A stretch of DNA of 63,999 nucleotides, the filler included, from Stramenopiles sp. TOSAG23-2 (lineage: Eukaryota), in NCBI GenBank assembly GCA_900128395.1. It is 6 parts of 6 records of this genome, joined end to end, with 100 filler letters (N's around TTAATTAATTAA, not from the genome) between each part and the next. Parts side by side here need not be neighbours in the genome. Positions count along the whole stretch, not along the records: positions 32,374 to 43,053 come from LT650000.1; positions 43,154 to 53,804 come from LT650001.1; 4 more parts are not named here. One strand, 5' to 3'. The notes beneath the pieces were generated by a model that ran no database searches, had not been told where the DNA came from, and saw nothing but the letters and a program-made list of their open reading frames with translations. How positions within the stretch are numbered: position 1 is the first letter of the stretch; each line of letters starts with the position of its first letter. This document shows positions 35,026 through 47,743 of the stretch, piece by piece. The position numbers and the translations under genes were made by a program.

Positions 35026-35377
35026 AATATTAGAATGTGAAATATATAACATTTTGACTATATATAATTTAGTTTACATTATATATATATATATATATAT
35101 GATATGTAATCAAAGAAATTTATGTAATATATGAGTAAGAGAAAATTATATATATATATATATGATACGAGTAATACAGATATAATGTATTAAATTGTAT
35201 CTTGGTTTCTTTGTATCATAATGATATGAGACATATGAGATCATATGACATAATATGATACGACTCGTATATTGAAAAATATGATATTTCAAAGCGTATG
35301 TGTGTAATATGGTAATAGCTTTATAGTTCTCGGCGAAATTAAAAAATACGAATTTAAATCACTCTATATATATTTTG

Positions 35378-35634
35378 ATGGTTAAAATCTACGAAGTTAT
35401 AATTAATTTTACACTTCTCGTGACTATATGTAATATCATTAATGCTCAATACTCAATCGCAAGAATAAATATATTCTACGTATCTCTCTATTAAAAATAT
35501 CATTATGCATAATCATTATAAATATATTTAGATTTTAACCATCAATATATTTATATGATGGTTAAAATCTAAGTTATAATATTTTTATACTTCTCGTGTT
35601 AAAGTAATATGCTCAATACTCAATCGCAAGAATA
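35378..35634. repeat. Local direct duplication with embedded hairpin
   Basis: GATGGTTAAAATCTA..CTTCTCGTG..ATGCTCAATACTCAATCGCAAGAATAA occurs twice; TTAGATTTTAACCATC / GATGGTTAAAATCTAA inverted pair at ~35528-35572. Confidence 0.8.
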
Positions 35635-35798
35635 ATATATGTTATCCTACTATAATAAAGCTCTCCTGACGTCGTGTTATGATATATATAAAAAATAAAA
35701 TATGATTATATTAAGCAATATGATATATGATGTAATATCATTAAAAAATTAATGATATATATCATTACCGCCGGTTACGAATGCATATATATATATAT

Positions 35799-35995
35799 AA
35801 TCATTTTTGATTTGAGATGTTAATGAACGGGAGTAAAAGAAATTTATACTTCGTACTCGTATAATATATGAGTAAGAGAACATTTTATATATAATCTACA
35901 CACTTGTGTGAGATAGATTATTTCAGTTATTTTATTCTTTTGAAGAGTGTAGGAATTAATCATGAGTAAATTAAAAATAAATTATGCGTAAATTA
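35799..35995. repeat. Modular intergenic repeat family, copy in MAD1 / RPP21 convergent gap
   Basis: Modules shared with 30166-30298 and 38889-39332. Confidence 0.9.
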
Positions 35996-36146
35996 AATTA
36001 TTAATAATACAATCATTACTAATTTTAAGTTATGTGTGATAAGTGACATACAAATATTACAAAAAGTCGTATTTCATTTTAAGAAGGAGCATAATTTTAT
36101 ATATTTTATTATATACGAAGTATATGTTTTACACAATATTTTATCT

Positions 36147-36617
36147 CTAAGTTTTTCTATTATTTCTTCTTTGAGTCAACATTCCAATTGTTTCTCTATT
36201 ACCACATATTTTACATGTATATACTAAGCCTTTATTTATGGTTTTCATCTTATTTTTTCCATGTCTTTTTCTTCTTTTATGCAATTCATGTTTTTTTCTT
36301 AATTTGGTTAATGTTCGAACGGTACAATTTTTACCAGGTATAAATATATTTTTACAAGTCGTGCAAAACAACGCAATTGACTGATTTGATGATGGCGTAT
36401 TTGAAGGGTTTTCTAATATTCTACCAATTGCTTCTTCAATTATTGGATCGATATCTTTTAAACCCAAAGTTTTGTTATTATTTACATTAATGCGCGATAC
36501 ATTAATGCGCCATAATCCAATTTTCCAAAGGTAATTTACATTATCTCTTACAACATTTTGTGTTTTTGTTGTACGTTGTTTGGAATCAATTAATTCCAAT
36601 GTTGCGACATTTAACAT
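36147..36617 (-). CDS. RPP21: RNase P subunit Rpr2/Rpp21 family zinc-ribbon protein
   Basis: FCTTCKNIFIPGKNCTVR...LVYTCKICG two-CxxC pattern with IPG, basic composition. Confidence 0.75.
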   Translation of the reverse strand: MLNVATLELIDSKQRTTKTQNVVRDNVNYLWKIGLWRINVSRINVNNNKTLGLKDIDPIIEEAIGRILENPSNTPSSNQSIALFCTTCKNIFIPGKNCTVRTLTKLRKKHELHKRRKRHGKNKMKTINKGLVYTCKICGNRETIGMLTQRRNNRKT

Positions 36618-37783
36618 TTATCGCTATTAGTGAGTTTCGTAAATTATTACAAAGTACGTACGTATTAACCGTAACTTTTTTGTAGTAATAATATAATTTT
36701 ATATTCACAAAATATTATGTTTTATATTTACAAATATATTATATTGAATGTCTGTATATATGTATATGATTCTACCGTGTATTCTTAGTTATTCATTGCA
36801 ACTCCATTCATTCATTTTTTTTTTTCAAAAAAAATGTATGTGTTGTAAGGTTATCCTGCAACGACAATATTCAATTTTTGGAAAAAAAAATTCCATCATC
36901 AATCATGTCTAATTTGCATGATGGATGGGCAGTTGTTACCCAAAAATATTGTTCGTTGGAATTTCTGAATTTACATTAATCATTGACCGCGATAATCCGA
37001 TTTTCCAAAGTCTTAAGTTGTGTTTTTGTTGTACGAAAACACATATCAATTAATTCCAATACAGAGGTGGAGGTCATTATAGAGGTATGTTAGCTGGATC
37101 ATCTGCTCCTGCTACTCTTGCATCTTACAATGATCATTCAGGTCCTTACCTACTTGGATATCTCCTTTGATTATAGACATTCCCATAGGATTTCTTTGCT
37201 GCAATCTGGATTCAAATTTTCTGTTCCATGGCCAATAACCTAGTACAAAAGCCATGTATTGTTTAACGAAATGTATGCCAATGGTTTGCCAACATGAAAC
37301 ATATTACTTCGACCCGGTAATATGTATGAAGGAAGATGTTTTTATAAATTTGTGCATGGACGATTTGGAGGAGAAGAGAAAATTGGACATAAATTTACAT
37401 TCTTGGTAATTGAGGAACTTAACTGTCACATAAGTACAGCATAAAGATAGTATGTTGAAAATGTCCCCCCATTTTTCATGTTCTCATTAGGGTTATACGG
37501 CCACAAAAATCTTCTTCCGATCGATCGATCCGGATGATAAAAACATATACAGAGAGTATATATTCTCTTTTTGAATATGAATAATAATAAAATAGATTTA
37601 TATAGATAGATAGATAGATGTTATACATGTTATTATACATACAGATATTCAGTATATGATACAAAAAAAAAAGAGAGAACACCAACTTTCATTATCATTT
37701 TCATATAATACATATCATATCTATAAATATATATATACCTATAAACATATACATATATATACATATATAAATCAATATCCACC

Positions 37784-38539
37784 ATGTTAAATGCAACCGT
37801 AAACGTCGATGGAACGTTGTTACGAGTTGTGAAAGCTTTAAATGTTTGTTCTACGAATGTATTAAATGCATTTAAAAGTTCAACATTTGCAACGAAATAT
37901 AAAAATCCAACTAGATTAGTTGCTGTCTCTAAAATTAAACCGGTAGAATTATTGCGCGCTGTGTACGACCAAGGACACCGTCATTTTGGCGAAAACTATG
38001 TAAAAGAAATATGTGAAAAAGCACCACAAATGCCAGATGATACGAATTGGCATTTTATTGGACATTTACAATCCAATAAATGCAATGCACTTGTTAAAGG
38101 CGTACCATCCTTGTACATGGTAGAAACAGTTGATACCGTGAAATTAGCAAATAAATTAAACAATGCATGTGAAAATGCTGGACGTAAAGAGAAGTTAAAG
38201 GTCATGATACAAGTCAATACGTCTGGTGAAGATCAAAAGTCTGGTTGCCAGCCAAATGATACAAGTGATATTGTAAAACATGTTCTATCATCATGTAATA
38301 AATTAGATTTTGCTGGATTGATGACGATTGGGGTATACGGCGAAGGTGCAGAAGAATGTTTTGAAGTCCTTGTGAAATGTAGGGAACAAGTTGCTAATGA
38401 TATTGAAGTCGATCCATTAACATTGGAATTAAGTATGGGTATGAGTGGTGATTTTGCAAGTGCCATTGCTATGGGTAGTACAAATGTACGTTGTGGTAGT
38501 ACAATCTTTGGTGCACGTGACTATTCAAAGAAGAAATAA
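37784..38539 (+). CDS. PLPBP: Pyridoxal phosphate homeostasis protein (YggS/PROSC family)
   Basis: LVAVSK (PLP lysine), FGENY, WHFIGHLQSNK, QVNTSGE, GLMTIG, LSMGMSGD, VRCGSTIFGAR. Confidence 0.97.
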   Translation: MLNATVNVDGTLLRVVKALNVCSTNVLNAFKSSTFATKYKNPTRLVAVSKIKPVELLRAVYDQGHRHFGENYVKEICEKAPQMPDDTNWHFIGHLQSNKCNALVKGVPSLYMVETVDTVKLANKLNNACENAGRKEKLKVMIQVNTSGEDQKSGCQPNDTSDIVKHVLSSCNKLDFAGLMTIGVYGEGAEECFEVLVKCREQVANDIEVDPLTLELSMGMSGDFASAIAMGSTNVRCGSTIFGARDYSKKK

Positions 38540-38888
38540 ACAAGTTTGCAAAGATCTCGAACAAAGCGGGGAAGTTCTAATTGGATTTCTACTATATACG
38601 TGTAGAGATATAATACAATCCGCGATTATTTAAAGCTTGCGCTTTATAATAATATCGTCTTGCTTGAAAAATGTGTATTTGGCAAAACTCGTATGATGAG
38701 TTGTACCCTGGTATATTATTACAATTTATTCTCCGCCTTCCTAGATGATGTCCATTTTTCATCAATCTATTTTACCTTTCATTGTGGTATTATTCGGCTT
38801 TTATTTGAGTGTGAGATATATGACGGAGTAGCTTCTTCACCTAATTGTAACTCCCAGACAGAGGAACAATCTTTTGAATACTAAATAA

Positions 38889-39332
38889 TTTACTAAACTT
38901 TATAAATCATTTTTGATTTGAGATGTTAATGAACTCGGGAGTAAAAGAAATTTATATAATATATGAGTAAGAGAACATTTTTATATATTATTTTTTGAAT
39001 TGAGAGTTTTTTTTTGTTTACGTACGTGTGTTAAAATGTGTATTACCGTGCCATGTGTGTATTTTTCTCTCTCTGATTATTTTTAAAAAATACGAACGGG
39101 ATGTGTAATTTTTACTAAACTTTATAAATCATTTTTGATTTGAGATGTTAATGAACGGGAGTAAAAGAAATTGAATATAATATATGAGTAAGAGAACATT
39201 TTATATATGATAGATATTATTGCCTTCAATTATCTGTATTCTTTTGAAGAGTAGTGTATAGTGCAGTACGACGTAAGAATTAATCGTCCCTTGATAAATT
39301 AAACAAGATACGTACAAATTAATGCGTAAATT
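38889..39332. repeat. Modular intergenic repeat family, duplicated copy in PLPBP / secreted-protein convergent gap
   Basis: TTTACTAAACTTTATAAATCATTTTTGATTTGAGATGTTAATGAAC..GGGAGTAAAAGAAATT..AATATATGAGTAAGAGAACATTTT twice (~38889, ~39111). Confidence 0.9.
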
Positions 39333-39438
39333 GTAAAATACATTTTAAAAATATAAAATTTAAAATATTAATATTATAATATAAATGAAAATATACATGG
39401 ATGTAACGTAACACAAACTTGTGTGTGCCGCGCGAAAG

Positions 39439-40053
39439 TTAAAACTTTTTAGCAGCAGCTGGACCAGATTCATCATCTTTTTCAGGACCAGAAGCACCTG
39501 ATTCTGAACCACTTTCATCATCACCAGATGCACCCGATTCTTCAGGTCCACTTGCACCACTACCACTTGCTTCTGGGCCAGTTCCTGGACTATCTGCTTC
39601 AGGCTCGGAATCGTCTACCTTTGGCTTTTTCTTTTCTGCATGTTTACATGGAACACCAGGTTGTTTAATTTCACCTTTGCACATACCTAAAAATGCAAAC
39701 CAACAGTTTTTTGGAGGAGGACAACGTGGTTGGTGCATATCGTGACAACGTTTAATTTTTGCTGGTTTATCTGGATCATTTGATTTAATTTGTGCAATAC
39801 ATTGTTGTTCTTCTTTTTTATCAAGAACTTCATCTTTTGTCTTCTCAGTTTGTGCACCACCAGTGGCACCATCAGTACCCGTTGCACCTGTTGCACCTGT
39901 TTGTTGGAAGCGTAAGCTACCGTCGTTTCTATTCCTATTATTATTAACTGGTCTTAAATCTCTACCGTGGTGATATGCATTTACTTGAAGAGTACACATA
40001 GTCATTGCTAAAAGCAACGATATGGTTATTATAATTGATGATATAGTTTTCAT
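39439..40053 (-). CDS. Small secreted protein with GAT and SGASGP repeats and a 6-Cys core
   Basis: Signal-peptide-like N-terminus; TGATGATGTDGATGG; SGASGPE repeats. Confidence 0.8.
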   Translation of the reverse strand: MKTISSIIITISLLLAMTMCTLQVNAYHHGRDLRPVNNNRNRNDGSLRFQQTGATGATGTDGATGGAQTEKTKDEVLDKKEEQQCIAQIKSNDPDKPAKIKRCHDMHQPRCPPPKNCWFAFLGMCKGEIKQPGVPCKHAEKKKPKVDDSEPEADSPGTGPEASGSGASGPEESGASGDDESGSESGASGPEKDDESGPAAAKKF

Positions 40054-41099
40054 ATTTCGTTCCGAATTGTTCTTATCTGTCTCTCTATTGATGTCTCTCT
40101 ATGTATATATGATCAATAACCTTTATCTAATTGTCTATCTATCTTACATATTGATCTATCTAGTTATCTGTAGTATTTAGTTGTAATTTAAATTATCTAT
40201 GTTTGTTTCCTCCACTTTTTAGTTGTTGTTGTGATGATTGCCTGGATTGATTCTTCATCCTCTCGAAGTAGGAAAAAGTCTTAAAGACCCTCGGTCGATT
40301 TAAGGAACAAGGAGAAACCATTACAGTAGTGATGTGTGGATGTTAAAAAGTAGATCAACACAGCAGCTGTTAATCCCTTTATTTTTGATAGTAAATTGTG
40401 TAATTTATACTTTTAGTATACGATAGAAAACATAGCTATATAGGAAAATATTCGCCAAAATAGTAAAATCCTATTATAATACGTTATAAATAAATCATGA
40501 AAAAAGTTTAATATGATTACACCACTTTAAATGTAATGAACGTTACTTGAAGTGTTGTAATATGACATTTTACGGATTTTAGCACATATTCATGAACTTG
40601 TAATTCAAATTCTACTTATCTGATTATATGTTTGAGATATATGTATATAAAAGTTTTTTATGTGTAGAATCGATTTATGTGGTCAAATTGGTGTAAAAAT
40701 CGGTATTTACGGAGATCGCGATTTATGAAAATGATATCCCTTAAATCGACGGTAGGGTCGATTTCTCCCACGAGAGGGATACTTCTATTTTCTTCGTGTA
40801 TTTTCATTATATTGCCGTGTTAATTTATTTAATATGGACACAGCATCCACTTCCAAACCCTATCTAGAACATGCAAGTACACATTTTGGTACACTTTTAT
40901 TACACCGTGCCCTCGTCTATTTCGTGCACTTCACGCTTGGAGCGAAGCGACGAATAGTACACTTTTATCAGGAAACAATAAAACATGCCTTGATGGCTCA
41001 GAAGCAACTGCTATCCAAAAATGACCTTGAAAAACTTTGAGCAACTTGCAATCAAGTCAACCAAGTAAAGGCGATTACAGAAGATATACGAATTAGATC

Positions 41100-41963
41100 G
41101 CCTGATTTCCATCCATCTCCAATGTTAGCCTTACTGGCAGTTCCAAATTGATTAGTGGTATCATTGACACTGTATAAATGATTTTTTACAATGAAACTTT
41201 TATTTCGTTTTTATGATAGAGAACTAATGGCTTTGATTGTGCAGTCAGTACCACAGACACCACAATTAAAGTTGAAGATATAACAAGTATAACAAGTAAA
41301 GCTGCTCTTGTTAGTATCAATAGGTAAATTTTTTGGGTGTTGTTGTAGGTGTCTTGCTGATACAGCTGAAACTATACCAATTACTTGATTGGCAGCAGCT
41401 ACAATAACAGTCAAGCTGATATTGCTGTAGCAAATGCAAATCCATGGTATTGTTCTATGCTTAATGCAGTGAAAACAATTCCAGAAGTATTCCAAATATG
41501 TCCTGGCTATATTTGGAATTGGCAATATTTGGGCGGGTATATGGCTATATTTGAAATAATCTCGTTATAACCGACATTTAATTGTATCAATTACAAGGTT
41601 GCAACTGCGGCATCATGTCCTAGTCTTTCTCCAAATGTTATTTGCTTACTCCAATGACCAGTGATCTGTGTAGTTACTGAACTGGTGTTACAAATGCAGC
41701 AGCTACAACTGTTAATGTACCACCAGCCAATATTAATGCTGGTGATATTGTAGTATTGAAATCGAGAAACCTTGTTTTAGGAGTAGTTGCGAGTGTACCT
41801 GGGTCTACTACAATCACATTGGCAGCAGGTTCAACCAATATTAAAAATACATTTCACAACTGTGTTTGGTGTCACTGGTAACGGAAAAGCTATATTTGAC
41901 AAAACCCCCGGTTATAACTTTGTTGCAGGAGACTTTTTAAGGTTAAATATTCAATTATTTTAA
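41100..41963 (+). pseudogene. Decayed ORF for a beta-strand-rich T/A/V/G protein
   Basis: Coding-like fragments across frames (GFDCAVSTTDTTIKVED; NINAGDIVVLKSRNLVLGVVASVPGSTTITLAAG; GNGKAIFDKTPGYNFVAGDFLRLNIQLF) broken by stops and frameshifts. Confidence 0.5.
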
Positions 41964-42417
41964 TTTTCCAGAGGAGCACCACCAGGACCACACCAGGACC
42001 ACAGAGAGAGAAGAAAAAAGATAATTATTGTTCTTCTACTAAAAATCTCTACAGATGTTTGCAACCAACACCGGACAGTGAGAGAGAGAGACCTGCAAGA
42101 AAAATAATTAATTATATATACAGAAGTTTGGAAAAATAATAAAAAATATTAAATCGGGTTTTAGCATATTAGCATATAAATAGCACTAAAATACATGATT
42201 TTGACTAAATTCGGGTTTTAATCAAATTCAATAATAATTCAATAATATATATATATATATCATACGAAGATAGACGACTTTGCATATAAACAAATATAGA
42301 TATATAGATATATATAGAAAACAGATATCGTTATACATACAGTATATTTCTTTCCACAATACAAATCATTACAAGAACATTTTGCCGTCCAAAGAATACA
42401 TTATCTACGTTACAATC

Positions 42418-43042
42418 ATGTCGACTGAAGAAGTAATCAGTTTTGATCGTCCCAGGTAAACCAATTAATAAAGAAGATTTTTGTACATATTGTGCAAACA
42501 ACAACGTTTATGAAAATTTTCAAGAAATTTATGATCGTATCGAAAGAACTTTTGGACCATTATTGAATGATGGAAACAATTTATATAATTTAGAAAATCC
42601 AGTTGCTGGTTATTTTGCAAGAAAAGCAGAACAAGGAATAACAACAAGAACAACAACAGTACAAATTCCTGCGAAATATCGAAAAGTATTTTATACACAA
42701 AAGAAACCAAATTATCAACATGCTTTATTTCCAACGAAAGAATTGACACCTTATTTGTTCGAAGAAATTATTGAAGAATACTTAAGTAATGATACAGGAG
42801 TTGCAACATCAATTGATTTAATTATTGGATTTGGAAATTATAATGAAGGAGCTATGTTAAAAATGACAGAATTTAATACTTTGAAACGAGTTGCTAAAAA
42901 TAAAAAAAGAATAGGTGAAGAAACAGTTACTGTAAGATTTAAACAAATTGCACGTACAAAAAATAAAAAAGTTGGTAGAGTAATGACAGAAGTAAATGTA
43001 CGGTCAGAGCACCAACGAAATGATCTTGGTCTGTTCTCATAA
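42418..43042 (+). CDS. Hypothetical protein with apparent 1-nt frameshift near the start
   Basis: ATG at 42418 (MSTEEVIS) joins the 199-aa frame if one T is removed from the T run at ~42441-42444. Confidence 0.5.
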
Positions 43043-43053
43043 TAAAATGTTAA

Positions 43054-43153
43054 NNNNNNNNNNNNNNNNNNNNNNNNNNNNNNNNNNNNNNNNNNNNTTA
43101 ATTAATTAANNNNNNNNNNNNNNNNNNNNNNNNNNNNNNNNNNNNNNNNNNNN
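43054..43153. other. Artificial contig linker
   Basis: N44-TTAATTAATTAA-N44. Confidence 0.99.
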
Positions 43154-46100
43154 GAAACTCATATTGTTAGTCTCATTAATGAACAATAGTAAATGCTTAT
43201 TCTCAACCACATCGTAGTTTACAATGTGATAACGTCTACGAATTGGTTTTTCTATGATTGAAAAGGTTCGTTTGGACTTTGCTTTTTTCATATGCGCTTT
43301 GTATTGATTCATTTGATTATCATATGTCTCCAACGTATCAATTAATTCAATACCATAATAATGGGACGATTGAACTTTTGACAAAAACAATTTGCTTTGC
43401 CGTTCTTTTTCTTGATAAAAATTTATGCGTGTTAATGTTACTAACTCGTTCGATGCGTGAAAGAGAAGTTCTTTTAAATTCATATCTATATAGTCTTTCC
43501 TATTTAATGTTTTTGATGGCAAATGCTTATGAAGCAAATGACCTTCTGAGTCATATAAATCTTGAATATATGCAACATCACAAAACTGGACGGGGCTGTA
43601 TGGTTGGAAGAAACGAATAATACGGTCTGTATGTTTTGGTTTGTACAGATTATAATCAAACCAATGATCAATAGTAATTCCATATACCTCAAATATTTCA
43701 GCTGGAAAGTAGTTTTTCATCTTGTTTGATTTTGTTTTATTTTTTATCTCTTCTATATTCATATCTACCGCCCAAATCAAGTAATTACTTGCAATAATGC
43801 ATGGATATTTATTTAAATTTAGCCAATACAATTTGTTCGTACTTAATAAAATCAGGTGTTTTTGTGACTGTTCGCTATAACCGACAATTCTCCCTGCAAA
43901 TAATGACTTTGGACGTACTCTTGCCGTGTTGTGAGTTTCTGTCCGAGTGTTGCCGTAAAAGTCAAATTCAAAAATAATACGCCTCCCTATTAATGTACGA
44001 GCATCGTTTGATTCATCATCATGAATGATTTGTTTCGGGATAAAATGACTTTTCTTTGCAATATTTGTGTTGTTGGAGGTTTGCTTTTGTGCAGCTATTT
44101 GCGTGACCGCTGCATTGGAACTTTTTGTTACACTATCATCCGCCTTGTTCATGTTGTTCACCTCACTTGATACATTGGTAGTAGACGCACTTGTCATCGT
44201 TTTGGCGATCGTTGCTGTTGTGGTGGTGGTTGTTGTTGTTGTTGTTGTGACAACATTCTCATCGTGCGTAGTGGCCACTGGTGACGATTCATTTAAATCT
44301 AATGTTTTCTTATGTTTTTCTTTGCCGTCTTTCTCCGCCTCTTGTTTAACAACAATATTTGTTTTTTCCTTTTCAATACTAGGATCAGATTCAATATCCA
44401 TATCAGAATCTTCATCGTCAGTTTCACTGTCACTACTTTCGCTACTACTTTCACTATCACTGCTTTCATCACTACTACTACTACTACCACTACTATCATC
44501 ACCATCACTAGGGTTGCCTGATGTATCTGGTCTATCTTGGTCATATATATAGATTTTTTGAAAGTCGTTAGCATCTGTTGCATTAATATTCTTCAACGTT
44601 AATGCAGTAGAAACTTTAATGCACAATGGACAATAAAATGGTTTTGCCATCTCATAGCCTTTATGATACAATTTCATAGCTTTTAAACACTTTACATGGC
44701 ATTGATTGCTACATGTGAAACATTTTATTTTTTTATTAACGTCTGTAATTTTATCATCCAGCTTCTCTTTGGTATTAAGTGCATTACCATCAGAATTTAT
44801 TTTCTCTACCATCGCGGCCGTTGTATCAGTTTCAATGTCAATATCCATACTATTATTGTTATTACTATTACTGCCATTAGTTGTTATTATAGGCGATGGA
44901 AACGTTGTTTTGGGATCTTCTACATCGGAAATGCTTGTATTTGAATTAATGGTATTCATAATTTTATCAGCTTCTTCAGTATAAACGGTATACAAACGTT
45001 TCAGTTGAGCAGAACCACTAGTAGTAAAAGGAATTTTCAGACGTTTCCGTACTGGTTGCCATAACTTGCTATTAACAACTTTTTCAAATCCTCCAAAATG
45101 ATCAACTGCATCAAATAATTTTTCCGGGTATACAAAAGCACCAGCCACCTTTCTGATTGTTTTCATATCCTTTTGTATCTTTTTCTTTGCTGTTGTTTTT
45201 GAAGATGCTTCGACTCTCTCCTCTACAACAAGATTGCATTCATCGCATAATGGACAAAGATGGCTTTTATCTGTCCAGACGTCAACATCTAATTTACTAA
45301 CATCCGTTAAAAATTTATTTGTTCCTGTATATTTGCAATGGTTACAAAACCATAAATCTTCTGGAATCTTCGCCAATGGTGGTTTCAAACAATAAATATG
45401 ATATTCGCTATCACATCCATCACATAAAAGCATTTGATTATGATTTACGTCCGTCCCACATTTATAACACCCCCCTCCATTTTTTGGCCGGGGCAATTTT
45501 TTCGACAAATGTTGTGGTGGAACAACGCTAGTTTGTTTTACGACTTCTCTCGTTATGTCTTGGACTTTATTCCTTATCAAATCATCAAGCACAAATTGAG
45601 ACTTCGTTTCATCGCATTCTTCATCTTCTGATATCTCTGATTCTTCATCGTCACTGATATAATTAGGATTGACCGTTGTTTTATGACGCCTTGTATTTAA
45701 ATGAAGATTATAATTGTATCGTGAAGGGCTTGCAAATTGACATATTTTGCATTCATATATTTTTTTTGGTAAGATAATTTTTTTGCGTTTAACCTCTTTA
45801 TTTCTTGCTTTGGTTCCATCTGGAGTAGAATTTGTAGTAGTAGTAGTAGTCGTTGTGATATTATTACTAGGTTTTGGCTTTTTGATGGCAGCTATTGTTT
45901 TTGGTATCTTCGTAACTACCATGGTTTTTGATTTCTTCATAGCTATTACGTTTTTCTTTGGTTGTTTCATAATAATTACTTTTTTCTTTTGTTGTTTCAA
46001 AACAAGTACTTTTTTCTTTTGTTGTTTCATAACAGGTACTTTTTGCTTTGATTTTTGAATAACCTTTGTTATATTTTCAATCTCTTGAAATTTTTTTGGT

Positions 46101-47743
46101 ATTTTTCTTGTTCGTCTTGGACGATTGCTATTGGACATGGCTATGTCATGATTTGTACTCGTCATTGTGGTAGTAGCAGCAGCAGTTGCTGTTGTTGACG
46201 TCGTCGTTACCATTGCATCTGTATGCCTAATTGCATTATTATTATTATTATGATTATCAGTATTGGCAGTAGAACTACTACTACATTTCTCTGTTTTCAT
46301 ATCGTTTGTTTCCATATCATTTGTCACTTTTGTTAATAATGGAATATTACCAACAATATTCAATTCTCTTATGGCATCAGCTACATCATGCGTTGGGTTG
46401 TTAATAGCAAAATTCACACAAATTGGACAAGCCCAATTGCCTTTGGGTATGTCTTTTAATGGCTCTTTTAAACAATATATATGATATTGCGAATCGCAAA
46501 CATCACATATCAATTGTTTCGAATCATCATCATCAAAACCACAATAACGACATCCAACTAAATCAAAGTCATTATTTTCAGAATAATATTGTTGGTTTGC
46601 TTTATGCCGTTTTGTTTTCATGTGATTTTTACGCCGACTAACTGTATTGGGATGCAATTGTACATTTTTCTTGCATAAATTGCAAAATTGAAGTTGGAAT
46701 TCACGCGCTGATACACTAGTCATTGACACTACAGAGCTTGATGATGTAGTTGACGATATTGGTAAACATGTTTTCAAATTATTTTCCATTGGTTTTGATA
46801 CTTGTGTATTTGTAGCGTTTTTTTCAATGTTCATCGTAGTAGTAGTGGTAGTAGTAGTAGTAGCAGTAGTCGTCGTCGTCTGGATAGGTAACGGATGTTG
46901 TTTGTTGTTTGTAGTTGTTGTTGGTGGTGGTGGTGGTGATGGTGATGGTGATGGTGATGGTTTTATTGTTGTTGTTTGTGGTGATGATAGTAGTGCTGCT
47001 GTTGTTGTTGTCGATGATGATGATGATGCGGTAGTCATCACTTTATCTGTCATTTTCTTGTCATCCTTGTTCATCATAACTATTTTAGATGGTGTGGTTT
47101 TGTTATTTTTCTTCTTCTTCTTAACAATTTTCTTCATACCACCATCATTTACGATGTTTAATTTTTTATTATTATTTAAGTCACCATGCAATATTGTCTT
47201 AACTTTCATAATATGTTCAGTATCATCAGGATGTTTTTTTGCATACACTTGGCAATAAGTACATACCCAAGTATCAATTGCATCTTTTTTTGGTAATTTG
47301 CTTTTCTTTAGACAATATGAATGGAAGGTACTATGACATACTTTACAGTCAATAAAACGTGTTTCATCAACATCAAATCCACATACACGACATCCTATCA
47401 CTTTTTGTTTTATATCTGATTTGATATTGTTTATTTTTGTCGCTTGAATGTGTTTATCGCGTTTAGAATGTACTATCAATTTTTGTTTGCTAGAAGCACC
47501 AGATACAAATTTTAAAGGTTTATCTTTACAATAAAAACATGTTTTATAGATTGTTGATGATGATGATGATGTAATTGTTGGTGTATCTTTACATATATTC
47601 TTGTCATTTTTTTGTATTGTTTTTTTGATTATATTGGTAGTCGTTGTTGTTTTAGTCTCTTTTCTTTTCTTTTTTGGTTTGAATATGTTTTTGTCCTTGT
47701 TATTATTTTTTGATTTCGATTTACTACGAGTACGACGTTTCAT
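43154..47743 (-). CDS. Chromatin reader with multiple PHD fingers, matrin-type C2H2 fingers and an ARID domain; 3'-truncated
   Basis: Three intact C4HC3 fingers (e.g. CYKC..MLLCDGCDSEYHIYCLKPPL..WFCNHC); CKIC..HLNTRRH; ARID LFDAVDHFGGFEKVVNSKLWQPV..SAQLKRLY. Confidence 0.9.
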
